This document shows, in pieces, positions 13,180 to 24,777 of a stretch of DNA of 64,000 bases (within the stretch, counting starts at the first letter, position 1; each line of letters opens with the position of its first letter). The stretch is from Azolla caroliniana. Taxonomy: Eukaryota > Plantae > Polypodiophyta. Made by a program: the position numbers and the translations under genes. The stretch spans positions 13,702,001-13,766,000 of the forward strand of contig JBHGNT010000008.1 in the NCBI GenBank assembly GCA_043228905.1, read 5' to 3'. Below the pieces are notes generated by a model. That model was not told the origin of the DNA and did not search any database. It saw only the letters and a list, made by a program, of their open reading frames with translations.

Positions 13180-14102
13180 ACCTCTGATCCTTTGGTACAT
13201 GCATATACGCCAAACATCGAAACACCCTCAAGTGTTGGTAAGAGACATCCTTCCCTGTCCACACCCTCTGTGGGACATCAGCCTTTAATGGCACTAAAGG
13301 AGACCTGTTGATCAGATAAACAGTTGTGTACATCGCCTCAGCCCAATAGGATTTCGGCAGTTTCGCATGAGAGAGCATCCTCCTCACTCTCTCCATGATC
13401 GTTCGATTCATCCTCTCTGCAAGCCCGTTCAAATCTAGAGTCTTTGGCACTATGTATTCGATCCGAATACCTTGGCACTTGCAGTATTCCTCAAACTGCC
13501 CTTTGTACTCGCCACCGTTGTCGGTTCAAACAACCTTCAGTTTCCGACCTGACTCTCTTTTGGTTCTTGCCTGGAACTCCTTGAAAACCGACAGTACTTG
13601 ATCCTTCGACTTCAGTACGAAGGCCCATGTCTTCCGACTATAGTCGTCAATGAACGTTACAAAGTACTGTCCTCCTCGATTCGATGGAGCATCCACATAG
13701 CACACATCCGTGTACACTAGTTCCAGTGCAGCTTCTCTTCTCCTCGGTGGTCTCATGTGGAATGCCACCCTGTTCTGCTTTCCGGTTAAGTAGTCGACAC
13801 ACTTCTCCAGGTGCATTCCCTTGACTTCTGGTAGAAGTTTCTGGTCGGCTAGCAAAGTGCATTCCCTTCTCACTCATATGGCCTAGCCTCTTATGCCATA
13901 TCTCACCTGCCAAGTCGGCTGCCACGTTTAATTCCAATTTGCAAAGTCGGCCTTCTTTCTGTGCTCGGGCCACTATGAGATTTCCTCGGCAGAACTTCCA
14001 CTTGCCATTCTGAAAACTACCACTGTAGCCTTCGTCGTCAAGCCTTCCAGTCGATATCAGATTCAATTTGATATCGGGGACGTCTTGAACATCCTTTAAC
14101 GT

Positions 14103-14810
14103 TGTCGAGTTGTTACGCGCGTGCGTGGGGAACGAGGCGGGACCACCAGGGTCTTGGACCAAGAAATAGCTGAGAAGGAGGAGAGTGGAAAGGCAACAGA
14201 CGCAGTTGCACACGCACAGACACGAGAGCACACAAGAATCACAATCCGACAACACAGCGAAACGGGATTACTCGAAGCCCGAGTATATGAACACGTATAT
14301 ATATAAGATATATATATATATATATATATATCGAGATGGTTACAACTAACAGCCCGACAAGGCGAACGCCGACGCCTGTTCACTCACACACACACAGAAG
14401 AGCGAGATGGAGACTCTGCCGAAAGCACATGGGCGTTCCATGGAGCAGAGTCAGCCTCCCAAAAACCTGCGCAAAAATGACTATGGAGAGAGACAGAGGA
14501 GAAGGGCTTGGTCTCAGTCCGGCAGCATTTCGTCCCCTCTAACCTCCGATCCCCCCTCTCATTCCTCTCCCTCTCTTTAATAGCCCAAGGAGGGAGGTCG
14601 CTATCATCCGTTACATCATATTAATTCTCTCTCCTTTCGGACAGAAATACAACTCGATTCTCTCCCTATTAAATGCGCGCTACCTAGGATTTCATCTCAT
14701 CCGACTTGTACCTACCTACTTACCAAACAACGAAAAGTGTGCTCGCGTGTAAGGGCCGATTTATACATGTTGAACTCGGTTTCCGCCTAGGGACGGTTTT
14801 CTTCTCGACA
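14103..14810 (-). repeat. 3' LTR of Gypsy-1
   Basis: 7-bp inverted termini TGTCGAG/CTCGACA, followed by the PPT complement TCCGCCCCCACC. Contains (TA)n at ~14316-14330. Confidence 0.8.
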
Positions 14811-17223
14811 TCCGCCCCCACCTAACCACGCATCCACCGGTATGCGCCAAAATAGAGCTCTTGGTGGAGAAAACTGGCCCATGCTTTACCCGTCGTCTCC
14901 CGGTTCGTCATCCTCCTCGGACCGCCCGTTGTCGCCGTCCATGCTTTCCAGATCCTGCTCGCACTCGTGTCGTTTCTTAAACGTTTTGATCCTCTTCCCC
15001 GCCACCGGTATTGCCATCCTCGTACCGTCGAGCTCCGGAAGATGGTAGATCCCGTTGTCGTTGGCGCCTGTCACCACGTAAGGCCTGAACCACCTCCTTG
15101 CAAACTTCCGTGTTGCCCTGTACTGGTTGTCAAGGCTGCTGTCATACACTAGGACCCAGTCGCCTTCTTCGATTTTCTTCGCTTGAGCTGTCGAATCCGT
15201 GCTGCTAGCAGCTCCTCCCGGCTCATTTGATCTCTCCAGTCCACCGTGGCCCATGAGGAGATGGTTCGCTCCGTTGGCATGATCGGCCTCTGTCCGTACA
15301 TAAGCTCTGTCGGCATGAAATCGGGTACCGAACTGTGCGTAGTTCGGTTCGCCCATAGTGCGTAAGGAAGGAGCCGCAACCAATTCCCGACCTGCCCTCC
15401 ACATGCACGCACCAATGCCTTTACGATCAGCCCGTGCCCATGCTCTACTTTCCCGTTCGCCGCCGGATTGTACGCCGTAGTGAGGGAGAGTTTGACCCCT
15501 AGCTGGTCAAACAGCTCCTCAGCTTCCCGCGCATCCAGCTCTCCCCGGTCCGCCACGATCCTCCCGACGCACCCGTACTGACACACTACCTCTTCGATTA
15601 GGAACCGGCATACCGCCGCGGTTGTCTTGTTCTGCAGTGCACGACCTTCCACCTGGTTCGTTAAGTCTTCCCGCGCAAGCACCAGGTAACGCATCTGTCC
15701 TACCCCCATCGACATCGTCACCAAATCCACCATCCATTTGAAGTGGACGGTCGGAGGCTAGGTCGGGTGAAGCTCGTCCCGGTGTCGGACTATGGAGTAC
15801 ATCTGGCAGCTTTCGCAAGTCGTCATGAACCGGTGCACGTCCCGGTACAGTCCTGGCCACCAGTACTTCCCCTTCAGCTTCTCAAACGTGGCCCATGTTA
15901 CGCGGTGTCCGGTCCAGGGACTCTCGTGGTAGGCCTCCAGCAACTCCTCTTGTTCCTCCTTCTTCCCCACCACTCAGAGCGGGATGTCGTCCCTCTTCTT
16001 CGGGTGCTTCCATATGTACCTGTCCTGAAGGAAGAATCGATACGCTTTCTTCCGGATCCGGTTGGTCTCTTCCTTTGTCCACGCCGCGTCCGGTGTCATT
16101 GTTTTCAGGAGCCCGCCGATCTGGAGCCACTCCCCGTCATACTTGCTTTCGTCGAATTCGTTAAGCGCCGGAGTGCTCCCCTCTCTGGTCGTCATGTATG
16201 CCTCCTCGAAGAAATCTACGCTGACTTCCTCGTCCTCTGAAACCATGTCGTCCTCGTTTTCAAACCTCGCCCTTGAGAGCATGTCGGCCATGGCATTGTC
16301 TTTTCTGGAAATGTGTCGTATCTCCGGATTCAGGGACTTGCTGTACGCTATCCACCTGAGCATTACCAGGTCCGGCGTCACGCATCTGGAAACCATGCCG
16401 AGAATCGGCAGGCAGTCCGTCTCGATTATTACCTCCGTCTCGATCAGATAGTCCTTGTCGGCCTTGACTGCCGAAACGATACCCCAAAGTTCGCGCTTAA
16501 CTTGGGCGTATCCTCGCTGCCGCTCGCTCAATACCTTCGCCTCGAACCGGATCGGGAATCGTACGCCGTCCTTGTCCTCCTGACTGATTACCGACCCGAT
16601 CCCGGTCGGGCTCGTGTCCACCGTCACGCAAATTGGGACACCCTCGCCATAAACCGCTTTACGGAGGGCCGGTGCTACCGTAAGCGCCCCCTTTACTCTC
16701 CGGACCGACTTCGTGTGCTCCGTCCTCCCCTCGAACCCACGCCCCTTTTTCAATAGCCCGTAGAGAGGCTCCGCAACATGCGTGTAGTGCGGAATCCATA
16801 TGTGGTAGAACACGCATGCTCCCAAGAATCTGTGGACCTCCGTGACCAACCCGCAATCGTTCCTCATCGCTGAGATGGCCTCTATCTTTGCCGAAGACGG
16901 TTTCCTACCGTAGGGCCCGCACAAGTGCCCGACCACCAAGATCTTCTGTTAACCTTAGTGTTGAAAAACAATGCTCGGCCACAACCGAGGAATAGGATCA
17001 ACTCACAGAAAACGGGAAATACAAAGTGCACGAGGACAATAGAGAGAAAGGTACACTGGATGTTTTACGTGGAAAACCCTAAATGGGAAAAAACCACGGG
17101 AGTCCTCAGACTCCAACTATCACTATGAACAGGGATGTACACTGGTGAAGCTACAAGGCAACAACCTTGAGCTCACTGTCTTCGCCACAGGCAGCGGTAA
17201 TACACAGAGGCAACGACCTCTTC

Positions 17224-17254
<31 letters not shown>

Positions 17255-17420
17255 CTGCTCTCACTTCGCATAAAAATGAGCAACAACAATAAACTGTTTG
17301 CCCTAAGTCATATTTATACACATATGACTTTTGGGTTATTTACAAATATAGCCTCAAGGGCTCTTGGCAAACATATTCACAAATATGTCCCCGCATCCGG
17401 ATCTCTCTCCGGGTACATTC

Positions 17421-17546
17421 GTCATCCGGCTCCGTAACCGGGGTCTTCAGCATCCGGCTCCGTAACCGGGGTCTTCATCATCCGGCTCCGTAACCGGGGT
17501 CTTCAGCATCCGGCTCCGTAACCGGGGTCTTCATCATCCGGCTCCG
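17421..17546. repeat. 28-bp tandem repeat (~4.5 copies) in U3 of Copia-A LTR; second copy at 21835-21960
   Basis: CATCCGGCTCCGTAACCGGGGTCTTCA[G/T], with the last base alternating G/T. Confidence 0.92.
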
Positions 17547-17639
17547 ATACCGGGTACTCCTCATTCGGGTCTTCATTCCCGATTCCCGGACATCCGACCA
17601 TCCCATCCGGAGGGACCGTAATCCCAACAAACTCCCCCT

Positions 17640-20600
17640 TCACTTCGGCATGGGATGTCTCTCCAATCCGATCCTCTTCCGGCATGCTTCCAGCTTGTCG
17701 GGTGTGAGCACCTTGGTCAGCATATCCGACCCGTTCTCGTCCGTGTGGACCTTCGTCAGCACGAACTCCTTGTCTTCTATCCTTTCCCGGATCCAGTGAT
17801 ATCTTCGCTGGATGTGCTTCGTCCGGGAGTGATAGGCCGCGTTCTTCGCAAGGTGGATGGCACTCTGACTGTCGCAGTAGAGTCGGTACTCCTCCTGCTG
17901 GATACCGAGCTCTCTAATGAAGTCCTTCATCCATATTATTTCCTTGCCGGCTTCAACAGCCGCCATGTACTCCGCCTCCGTGGTTGACAACGCAACCGTC
18001 TTCTGCAGCCTCGACTGCCATGAAACAGCTCCCCCTGCGTACGTCATCACATACCCTGATGTGGACCGGCTGGTATCTGCATCAGCCGACATATCCGAAT
18101 CGGTAAAGCCGTCGAGTTCGGGCTTACCGGAGCCGAATCGGAGGCACACGTTTGCCGTGCCCTTTAGGTATCGGAGTATCCACTTGGCCGCGTTCCAATG
18201 CTCTTTGCCGGGATTGCTCATGTACCGGCTCACCACTCCGACTGCATATCCTATGTCCGGTCTTGTACACACCATTGCGTACATCAAGCTTCCGACGGCA
18301 GAGGCATATGGCACTTTCATCATGTCCTCCTTCTCAGCCTTTGTCTTAGGACTTTGCTTGCTGGACAACTTGCAGTTTGCTGGGAGGGTTGACCCGACCG
18401 GTCTTGCTTCCGACATGTTGAACCGTTGAAGCACCTTTGTCACGTACTTTTCCTGTGACAGCCACAACTGCTTCTTCCTCCGGTCCCGGATGATGTGCAT
18501 CCCTAATATTTGCCTCGCCGGACCCAAGTCCTTCATTGAGAAGGTTCGGTGAAGAGCCTTCTTCAGCATCCGTATCTTGACCTGGTCCCGTCCGACGATC
18601 AACATGTCGTCCACGTACAGGAGGAGTATTAGAAAGTCTCCTCCTTCGAACTTCTTCACAAACACGCAGTGGTCGGACTGCTTTTTGAGGTACCTTTCGT
18701 CGGTCATGAAGGAGTCGAACTTCCGGTACCATTGCCGGGGAGCCTGCTTCAGTCCGTAAAGGCTCTTCTTCAACCGGCATACCAGGTGCTCCTTCCCTTT
18801 CTTCTCGAATCCTTCCGGTTGCTGCATGTAGATTTCTTCTTCGAGGTCACCGTGAAGGAATGCCGTCTTCACGTCCATCTGTTCTACTTCGAGGTCCATG
18901 CTTGCCGCTATGCTCAGCACCGTCCGGATGGAGGTCATCTTCACTACCGGGGCAAATATCTCGTCGAAGTCGACGCCCTTCTTCTGCTGAAACCCCTTCA
19001 CCACGATCCTGGCTTTGTATCTCGTGGGGTTTCCGGCATCTCCCGGTTTCAGCTTGAACACCCACTTGTTACGGAGTGCCCGTTTTCCTTTCGGCAGCTC
19101 CACAAGTTCATATGTGTGGTTCTCATGCAGGGAATCCATCTCGTCCTGCATGGCACTCAACCACCTACGGCTCTGGGTGTCATGCTTTGCTTCTTCAAAA
19201 CTCTCCGGCTCCCCCTCGTCGGTTAGCAGCACGTGCTCTGGTTCCGGAAATCTCCGGGGGGCCCTTCTCTCCCTTAGAGGATATCTCCGTTCCGGAGCTT
19301 CGGTAACTGGTTCTTCCGATTCTTCTTCATCCGAATCCATTTCGGGATCGGGACCGGTCCCGGTATCATTTTCATCTTCTTCGGCCGGTTCTGTTTCTTC
19401 ACCGTCTTCGGCCGGATCCTCGAGTGCTAACCGGTCCCTTACCGGTCGGGACTGCTCCTCGTAGAGTTGATCCTCACCGGTCGACTTGGAGCTCTTCATC
19501 TTCTTCTCCGACTCCAAGTCGGCGAGTGTCTTGTCCTCCATGAAGATGATATCTCGACTCCTGAATATCTTCTTGTCGACCGGGTCCCATACTCGGTAGC
19601 CGAACTCATCATCGCCGTAACCGAGGAAAATGCATGGCCGGGTCTTTGGATCCAACTTTCCTCTCCGGTCCTTTGCCACATGCACGTATGCGAGACACCC
19701 GAACACCTTCAGATGCCGGTAGGACACTTCCTTACCGGTCCACACTTTCTGCGGCGTGTCTCCGTCCAAAGGCACTGAGGGTGATCTATTTATCACATAC
19801 GTCGCCGTCGACATTGCCTCAGCCCAAAATCCCTTGGGTAATTTCGCATGCGCCAGCATACTCCGGACCCTCTCCATTATGGTCCGGTTCATCCTCTCGG
19901 CCAGCCCGTTCAGTTCCGGCGTCTTCGGCACAGTAAACTCGAGCCGGATTCCCTTCGAGCGACAGTACTCCTCGAACTGCCCCCGGTATTCCCCTCCGTT
20001 ATCCGCTCGTATCGCTTTCAGCTTCTTGCCGGATTCCCTTTCCACTCTCGCGTGGAGTTCTTTGAAGACGGACAATACTTGGTCCTTTGTCTTCAACGCT
20101 GCCGTCCACAGTCTTCGGCTGTGATCATCTATGAATGTTACGAAGTACTGGGCTCCGCCATGTGACTTCGTTTCTACCTGACACACGTCGGTGTGCACCA
20201 ACTCCAATGGTGCGCTACGTCTCGTCGATGGCCTTGAGTGGAAGGAGGTTCGGTTCTGCTTACCGGCCAGGCAATCGGTGCACTTCTCTAGGTGCACATG
20301 CTTCACTGGAATAAGGTTGTCTTCTGCAAGCCTCTTCATCCCCTTCTCACTCATGTGGCACAGTCTCTTGTGCCACAACTCACCGGCAGTGTCGGCTGCC
20401 ACGTTCAACTCTTCCGGACACAACCGGGCATTCATCAGGTACAATGTGTTGACTTTCCGGGCCCGAGCCACTATCAGGCTCCCCTTGCTGAACTTCATTA
20501 CGCCGTTCCGGATGCTACCTGTGTAGCCTTCGTCGTCTAGCCTTCCGGCCGAAATCAGGTTCAATCGAACCTCCGGAACGTGTCGGACATCCTTCAGCAG

Positions 20601-21713
20601 CATTTTGCATCCGGTCGGGGTTGTCAACCACACGTCTCCGATGCCGGCAATCCGGCACGTACCTTCATTTCCCATCCGAACACAGCCATGCTCACCGGCT
20701 GTGTAGGATGAGAAGTATCTTCTCTCCGGGGTCAGGTGGAACGATGCTCCGGAATCGACCACCCAGGTCGTCTCATCGCCGGCAATGTTTACTTCACTTT
20801 CTTCGGTGATGAGCATGATTTCTTCCTCACTTGCCGCGAGTGCCGTCGTTCCTTTCCGGTCCTGCCCTCGCCGATCCGAACCTCTCCGGTCCGTGGCTCC
20901 CCGGTATGCACCGTTTCTCTCCGGTGACTTCTTCGAATCGGTGTCGTCGGCTCCGTTGTCCTTTCGGTAATGCCGACAATTCTTCCGGAAGTGCCCCGGC
21001 TTCCCACAGTGGAAGCATGTGGGCCTTCCTCTTGATTGCGACCGGGTCCCCGACTTCTCCCGTCTTTGCGGACTCCGGTTCCATTGTCTTCCCCGATCCG
21101 ATTCGGTAAGCAGCATCTTCGGATCGGAAACCGGTTCTTTATCTCTCCGACGCGCTTCTTCGTTCAAAATACTTGTCTTTACCGTTTGTAGAGACAAGTT
21201 ATCTTCGGTGCAGGAGGTGCTGAGAGTCACCACCAAGTTCTCCCAGCTTTCCGGCAATGTACACATCAGAATGATGGCTTGCATTGCATCCTCCAACGGG
21301 AACTTGATCGCCGCAAGCTGGTTCACGAATCCCATGAACGTGCTCACGTGTTCCACCATATTCTCGCCGTCTCGGTACTTGAGGTTCACTATCTTCCTCA
21401 TCAGGGAGGTCCGGTTCAATGCATTCTTCCTCTCGTAGAGGCCCGACAGCTTCTTCCACATCTCATATGCGTTGGTGTCGTTCGCCACATGTTGTAGGAC
21501 GCTTACATCGACATATTGCCGGATCGTCGCTACGGCTTTCCGGTTCAGGAGCTTCCACTCCGACTCTATTACCCCCTTGGGTATCTCGGCATTGTCGATC
21601 GGTTCGTACAGGTCTCGGACGATGAGAAGGTCTTCCATCTTTATCTTCCAATCGGCGTAGTTCTGTGAGTTCAACACCATCATGCCCGGAGGCCCACTAC
21701 CGCCGCCTTCCAT
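17640..21713 (-). CDS. Copia gag-pol polyprotein (1357 aa from MEGGGSG): gag, zf-CCHC, PR, GAG_pre-INT, INT, RT, RNase H
   Basis: Uninterrupted ORF with CFHCGKPGHFRKNC, WVVDSGASFH, LVHTDVC...RADNGGE...AERMNRT (DDE), LYVDDML and FTDSD. Confidence 0.96.
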   Translation of the reverse strand: MEGGGSGPPGMMVLNSQNYADWKIKMEDLLIVRDLYEPIDNAEIPKGVIESEWKLLNRKAVATIRQYVDVSVLQHVANDTNAYEMWKKLSGLYERKNALNRTSLMRKIVNLKYRDGENMVEHVSTFMGFVNQLAAIKFPLEDAMQAIILMCTLPESWENLVVTLSTSCTEDNLSLQTVKTSILNEEARRRDKEPVSDPKMLLTESDRGRQWNRSPQRREKSGTRSQSRGRPTCFHCGKPGHFRKNCRHYRKDNGADDTDSKKSPERNGAYRGATDRRGSDRRGQDRKGTTALAASEEEIMLITEESEVNIAGDETTWVVDSGASFHLTPERRYFSSYTAGEHGCVRMGNEGTCRIAGIGDVWLTTPTGCKMLLKDVRHVPEVRLNLISAGRLDDEGYTGSIRNGVMKFSKGSLIVARARKVNTLYLMNARLCPEELNVAADTAGELWHKRLCHMSEKGMKRLAEDNLIPVKHVHLEKCTDCLAGKQNRTSFHSRPSTRRSAPLELVHTDVCQVETKSHGGAQYFVTFIDDHSRRLWTAALKTKDQVLSVFKELHARVERESGKKLKAIRADNGGEYRGQFEEYCRSKGIRLEFTVPKTPELNGLAERMNRTIMERVRSMLAHAKLPKGFWAEAMSTATYVINRSPSVPLDGDTPQKVWTGKEVSYRHLKVFGCLAYVHVAKDRRGKLDPKTRPCIFLGYGDDEFGYRVWDPVDKKIFRSRDIIFMEDKTLADLESEKKMKSSKSTGEDQLYEEQSRPVRDRLALEDPAEDGEETEPAEEDENDTGTGPDPEMDSDEEESEEPVTEAPERRYPLRERRAPRRFPEPEHVLLTDEGEPESFEEAKHDTQSRRWLSAMQDEMDSLHENHTYELVELPKGKRALRNKWVFKLKPGDAGNPTRYKARIVVKGFQQKKGVDFDEIFAPVVKMTSIRTVLSIAASMDLEVEQMDVKTAFLHGDLEEEIYMQQPEGFEKKGKEHLVCRLKKSLYGLKQAPRQWYRKFDSFMTDERYLKKQSDHCVFVKKFEGGDFLILLLYVDDMLIVGRDQVKIRMLKKALHRTFSMKDLGPARQILGMHIIRDRRKKQLWLSQEKYVTKVLQRFNMSEARPVGSTLPANCKLSSKQSPKTKAEKEDMMKVPYASAVGSLMYAMVCTRPDIGYAVGVVSRYMSNPGKEHWNAAKWILRYLKGTANVCLRFGSGKPELDGFTDSDMSADADTSRSTSGYVMTYAGGAVSWQSRLQKTVALSTTEAEYMAAVEAGKEIIWMKDFIRELGIQQEEYRLYCDSQSAIHLAKNAAYHSRTKHIQRRYHWIRERIEDKEFVLTKVHTDENGSDMLTKVLTPDKLEACRKRIGLERHPMPK

Positions 21714-22525
21714 TTTCTGTGTTACCGTGCTCTGATACCAATTTGTTGAAAAACAATGCTCGGCCACAACCGAGGAATAGGATCAACTCACAGAAAACGG
21801 GAAATACAAAGTGCACGAGGACAATAGAAGTTTCGTCATCCGGCTCCGTAACCGGGGTCTTCAGCATCCGGCTCCGTAACCGGGGTCTTCATCATCCGGC
21901 TCCGTAACCGGGGTCTTCAGCATCCGGCTCCGTAACCGGGGTCTTCATCATCCGGCTCCGATACCGGGTACTCCTCATTCGGGTCTTCATTCCCGATTCC
22001 CGGACATCCGACCATCCCATCCGGAGGGACCGTAATCCCAACACTTAGGACCGGACAATGGCCTAACACAGGGTGTCTATGGAAGACACTTCACCAAAGG
22101 GGTGTTACGGCAATATGATTAGGCTCAACGATTAATCCGACTTAATTAGGTTACTTAGCAAGATCGTCCTTAATAATCACACGCGTAAGATATGACAATG
22201 AATGCAGAACGACAATTAACACAGAGAGATAAAAAACACTAAGCTTCATTAATTATCCGCTGCTCATTACATTGTATCCGGGCCTTTAAATAGGTTTCCG
22301 GTCTGTAGTACAAAACGGTGCCATCCGCATCTGTTCGGGATCGGTCCGGATCCGGAACGGCATACCGATTCCGGTCCGTCCATCCACACTAATAGCTTAC
22401 TTACAACCATTCCTAATAATTAAATAACTCCTCTGTTTCACACTCTGGACTCCTTTGCCGGCCGGTAACACATGGCACGCCCGTGGGACAGTACCTTGTA
22501 CGTCAAATCCACCATCCGACCCTTG

Positions 22526-24185
22526 CTATTCTTCGTCCAAAATATCCAGAATGCTTTGTTCGAGAGTCTCCAATGGAGCGCCGTCACAGCCTGATCAACT
22601 TCCTGCTGGAGCTTGGCCATCCTTTCCTTATGCTCCGTTTCCAGCCATTTGTAGTCCCGGTGCAGGTGCTCAAAATCATCTGTCGTTTGCTTGAGCCGTA
22701 TGTTGATCTGTCGATGGGCCCGGTCCTCGCGGTCCTTCTGCTGGCGGAGCTCCTCCTTTAGCCGTTCAATTTCTGTTTCCGCCGTCTTCCACAGCTTGTC
22801 CTTTTCCTGCAGCACTTTGCCTTTTTCCTCCCTTAGTTGATCGTACGCTTGATGGCCTTTCTGGAGGCTCTCCTCTGCCCGGCGGAGGTTCTCAACAGTC
22901 TTCTTTAATTCTGCTTCGGCCACTGTCTTCAATTCCCGTTCACGGCTCCTTAGCGCTTCTTGTGCGGCAAGTTCATCTCTCAATTCCGCAAGCTCCTGGG
23001 CTTGCGCCACATCTCTCTCTGTGACGGTTTCCGTTGCCGGGGTCTTATTAGTATGTACAGGTTTGTCTGGTTCTTTATTCTGTACACTTACCGGAGTCAC
23101 CGGTGATTGGATCTGTGTTGCCGTTAAGGCCATTTTGGCCATTTCTGCCGTGACCTGATCCAAGTCTTTTTCAAGGCACCAGATTCTAGACCGGGCCTTC
23201 TCTAGTTGTTCGGTTGTGACGAGCAACCGTTCTCTTTGCGCTCTTTCTTCTGCCTCAATATACCCCACTGCTCCGGCAATCTGTTCGCCTATCCACCGGA
23301 GCCACAGGCTACCGGTGCCTTGTTGTTGCACTTGCACGGAGGTTTGACGGATGGGCTCGCTTGTAGGTGGGTGGTCCCGCCTGATTGCGCCAAGTTGCAA
23401 TTCCGTTTCTGCCTGTGGAGCACCCTGTTGTCCTGGTTCCCCTTGTGCTTTTTCTTGGTTGGCCGAGGGAGGCTGCATTGACCTTTCTGGCTCTGGCGGA
23501 ATGGGACTTGCCGGTGCTGCCGGTGGTGTAGGGGCTTCTGATTCCGGTGCCATGCGCACCGGTTCCGGTTCCTCCCTTGGCGTGGGAATCTCAGTATGGG
23601 GAGTCGGTGTTCCCTCCGTCTGAGGGTCCGAACGTTTCCCGGCTGCCTCAACGGTCCTTGCCGACGACTGTCGCTGGAGGTGCTCCGTAGGCTCCTCTAT
23701 TTCCTCTTCCTGAGTCCCGACGTTGAGTTTTGCAGCCAAAGGGTCCGCTTCTCTATTCACCGGTCGGCGGAGTGTAACCTTTACGGGCCGTGCCGGTGGT
23801 TCCTCCTGCGCATCCGTTCTGCACGGTTCTGCGGCATGACAGGGGGTCTAGGGTACACATGGCCGTATTCGTGGAGCACACGGGCAACCTCGCGGAACAG
23901 CATATCTCCGCCGCCCTGTGTCCGGTAGTCCTTGCTGGCTAGGGAGTACTCACCAAAATACTTGATGAGTTGCTCCGAGGTCGGATTGTCAATCGTGAGT
24001 ATGCCTCCCTCCGGAAGGCCTGTTAACGCACGGATCGCCTCCGCCGTTATGACCTCTGTGTCAATTTCTTTGATCACCTTGTCGGCTTCTTTGTGTGGCG
24101 GTACCTCGATAATCGCCAAGAAGCCCTCAAGCTCATGTTGCTTTAGCCATTTCTTGGCAGCTTCTGACACCATTTGCGGGTCCAT
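22526..24185 (-). pseudogene. Extra (env-position) ORF of Gypsy-2: N-terminal PMD/plant-transposon-like segment, P/E-rich linker, long coiled coil; internally deleted
   Basis: ORFs 23781-24491 (ITAEAIRALTGLPEGG) and 22438-23760 are homologous to 54027-55918. It lies between INT and the 3' LTR in sense orientation. Confidence 0.75.
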
Positions 24186-24777
24186 GTCTGTGTCGAGGTC
24201 GGATTGTGGTGGCGAGGTTGGATGGTGATGAGAGTGAGATTGAGAGAGAGAGAGTTCAGAAAGCGGGGCTTCTCTGTGCGTAGGTTCTCGTCTGATGATC
24301 TTCCAGCGCCTTGGTGCTTCTGTGCTCCTGGGTTCGCGAAAGTAGAGGGTCTCCACGCGTAGTGGTTTTTCTCTGTGCATTCTGGCGCCTTTTTCGAGTG
24401 TGTGCACGTCGTGTACTAAAATAGCATTATGTCTTGTGGTGGTGCTTAAATGCCCACAACGTACCTTTTCGCTCCTCGCTCTCTTGTCCATTCATACCTC
24501 GCTTTTGCATGATTACTTCGCTTTTTTATTTATTTTTAAATGTAGTGTGAGGTTACTTGTCCGTTGGTCCTATTGGACCCTTACCGGCCTCATTCTCCCC
24601 AGTTACCGGCTCGCCGTCTCTGCCATCTTGGTGGTTGTCGTTTCCCTCATAGGTTGTCGTTTCCGCACCAGTGTCGGTCCTTTGCTCAAATGGGTTCTTG
24701 GGCATCGGTCCTCTATATGGCTTCAATCAGAATCCGTTAACCCATTTGCCTAGCACTTCGCCGACAAGTGTCCCTAA

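Larger units (their letters stand above)
5833..14102 (-). mobile_element. Degenerate Copia pol (PR end, INT, RT, RNase H start); pieces 5833-7614 and 13180-14102 split by a nested Copia; truncated at 14102 by a Gypsy LTR
   Basis: VPYASAIGSLMYAMVCTRPD, LLYVDDML, NGLAERMNRTIMER and WHKRLGHMSEKG. The reading continues across the ACCTC target-site duplication. Confidence 0.88.
16959..22043 (-). mobile_element. Young Ty1/Copia (Copia-A) with intact gag-pol ORF, TSD CTTAG, inserted in the Gypsy-2 3' LTR
   Basis: TSD at 16954-16958 and 22044-22048. 3' LTR 16959-17629. 5' LTR 21744-22043 with an internal deletion. PBS TGGTATCAGAGC at 21729-21740. PPT AAGGGGGAG at 17632-17640. Confidence 0.97.

Noticed and set aside
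17421-17546. Regular 28-bp repeats, and 54-bp repeats at 24837 and 29641, resembling CRISPR or iteron arrays
   Set aside because: No unique spacers. They are tandem U3 repeats duplicated in both LTRs of eukaryotic retrotransposons.
17655-21660. Many plus-strand ORFs antisense to Copia-A (also antisense ORFs in other elements)
   Set aside because: Expected shadow ORFs of GC-rich coding sequence; no independent motifs.
21714-21767. N-terminal extension MAEHCFSTNWYQ... of the 1375-aa ORF call
   Set aside because: Runs through the PBS and LTR from a non-ATG start; the likely start is the ATG at 21713.
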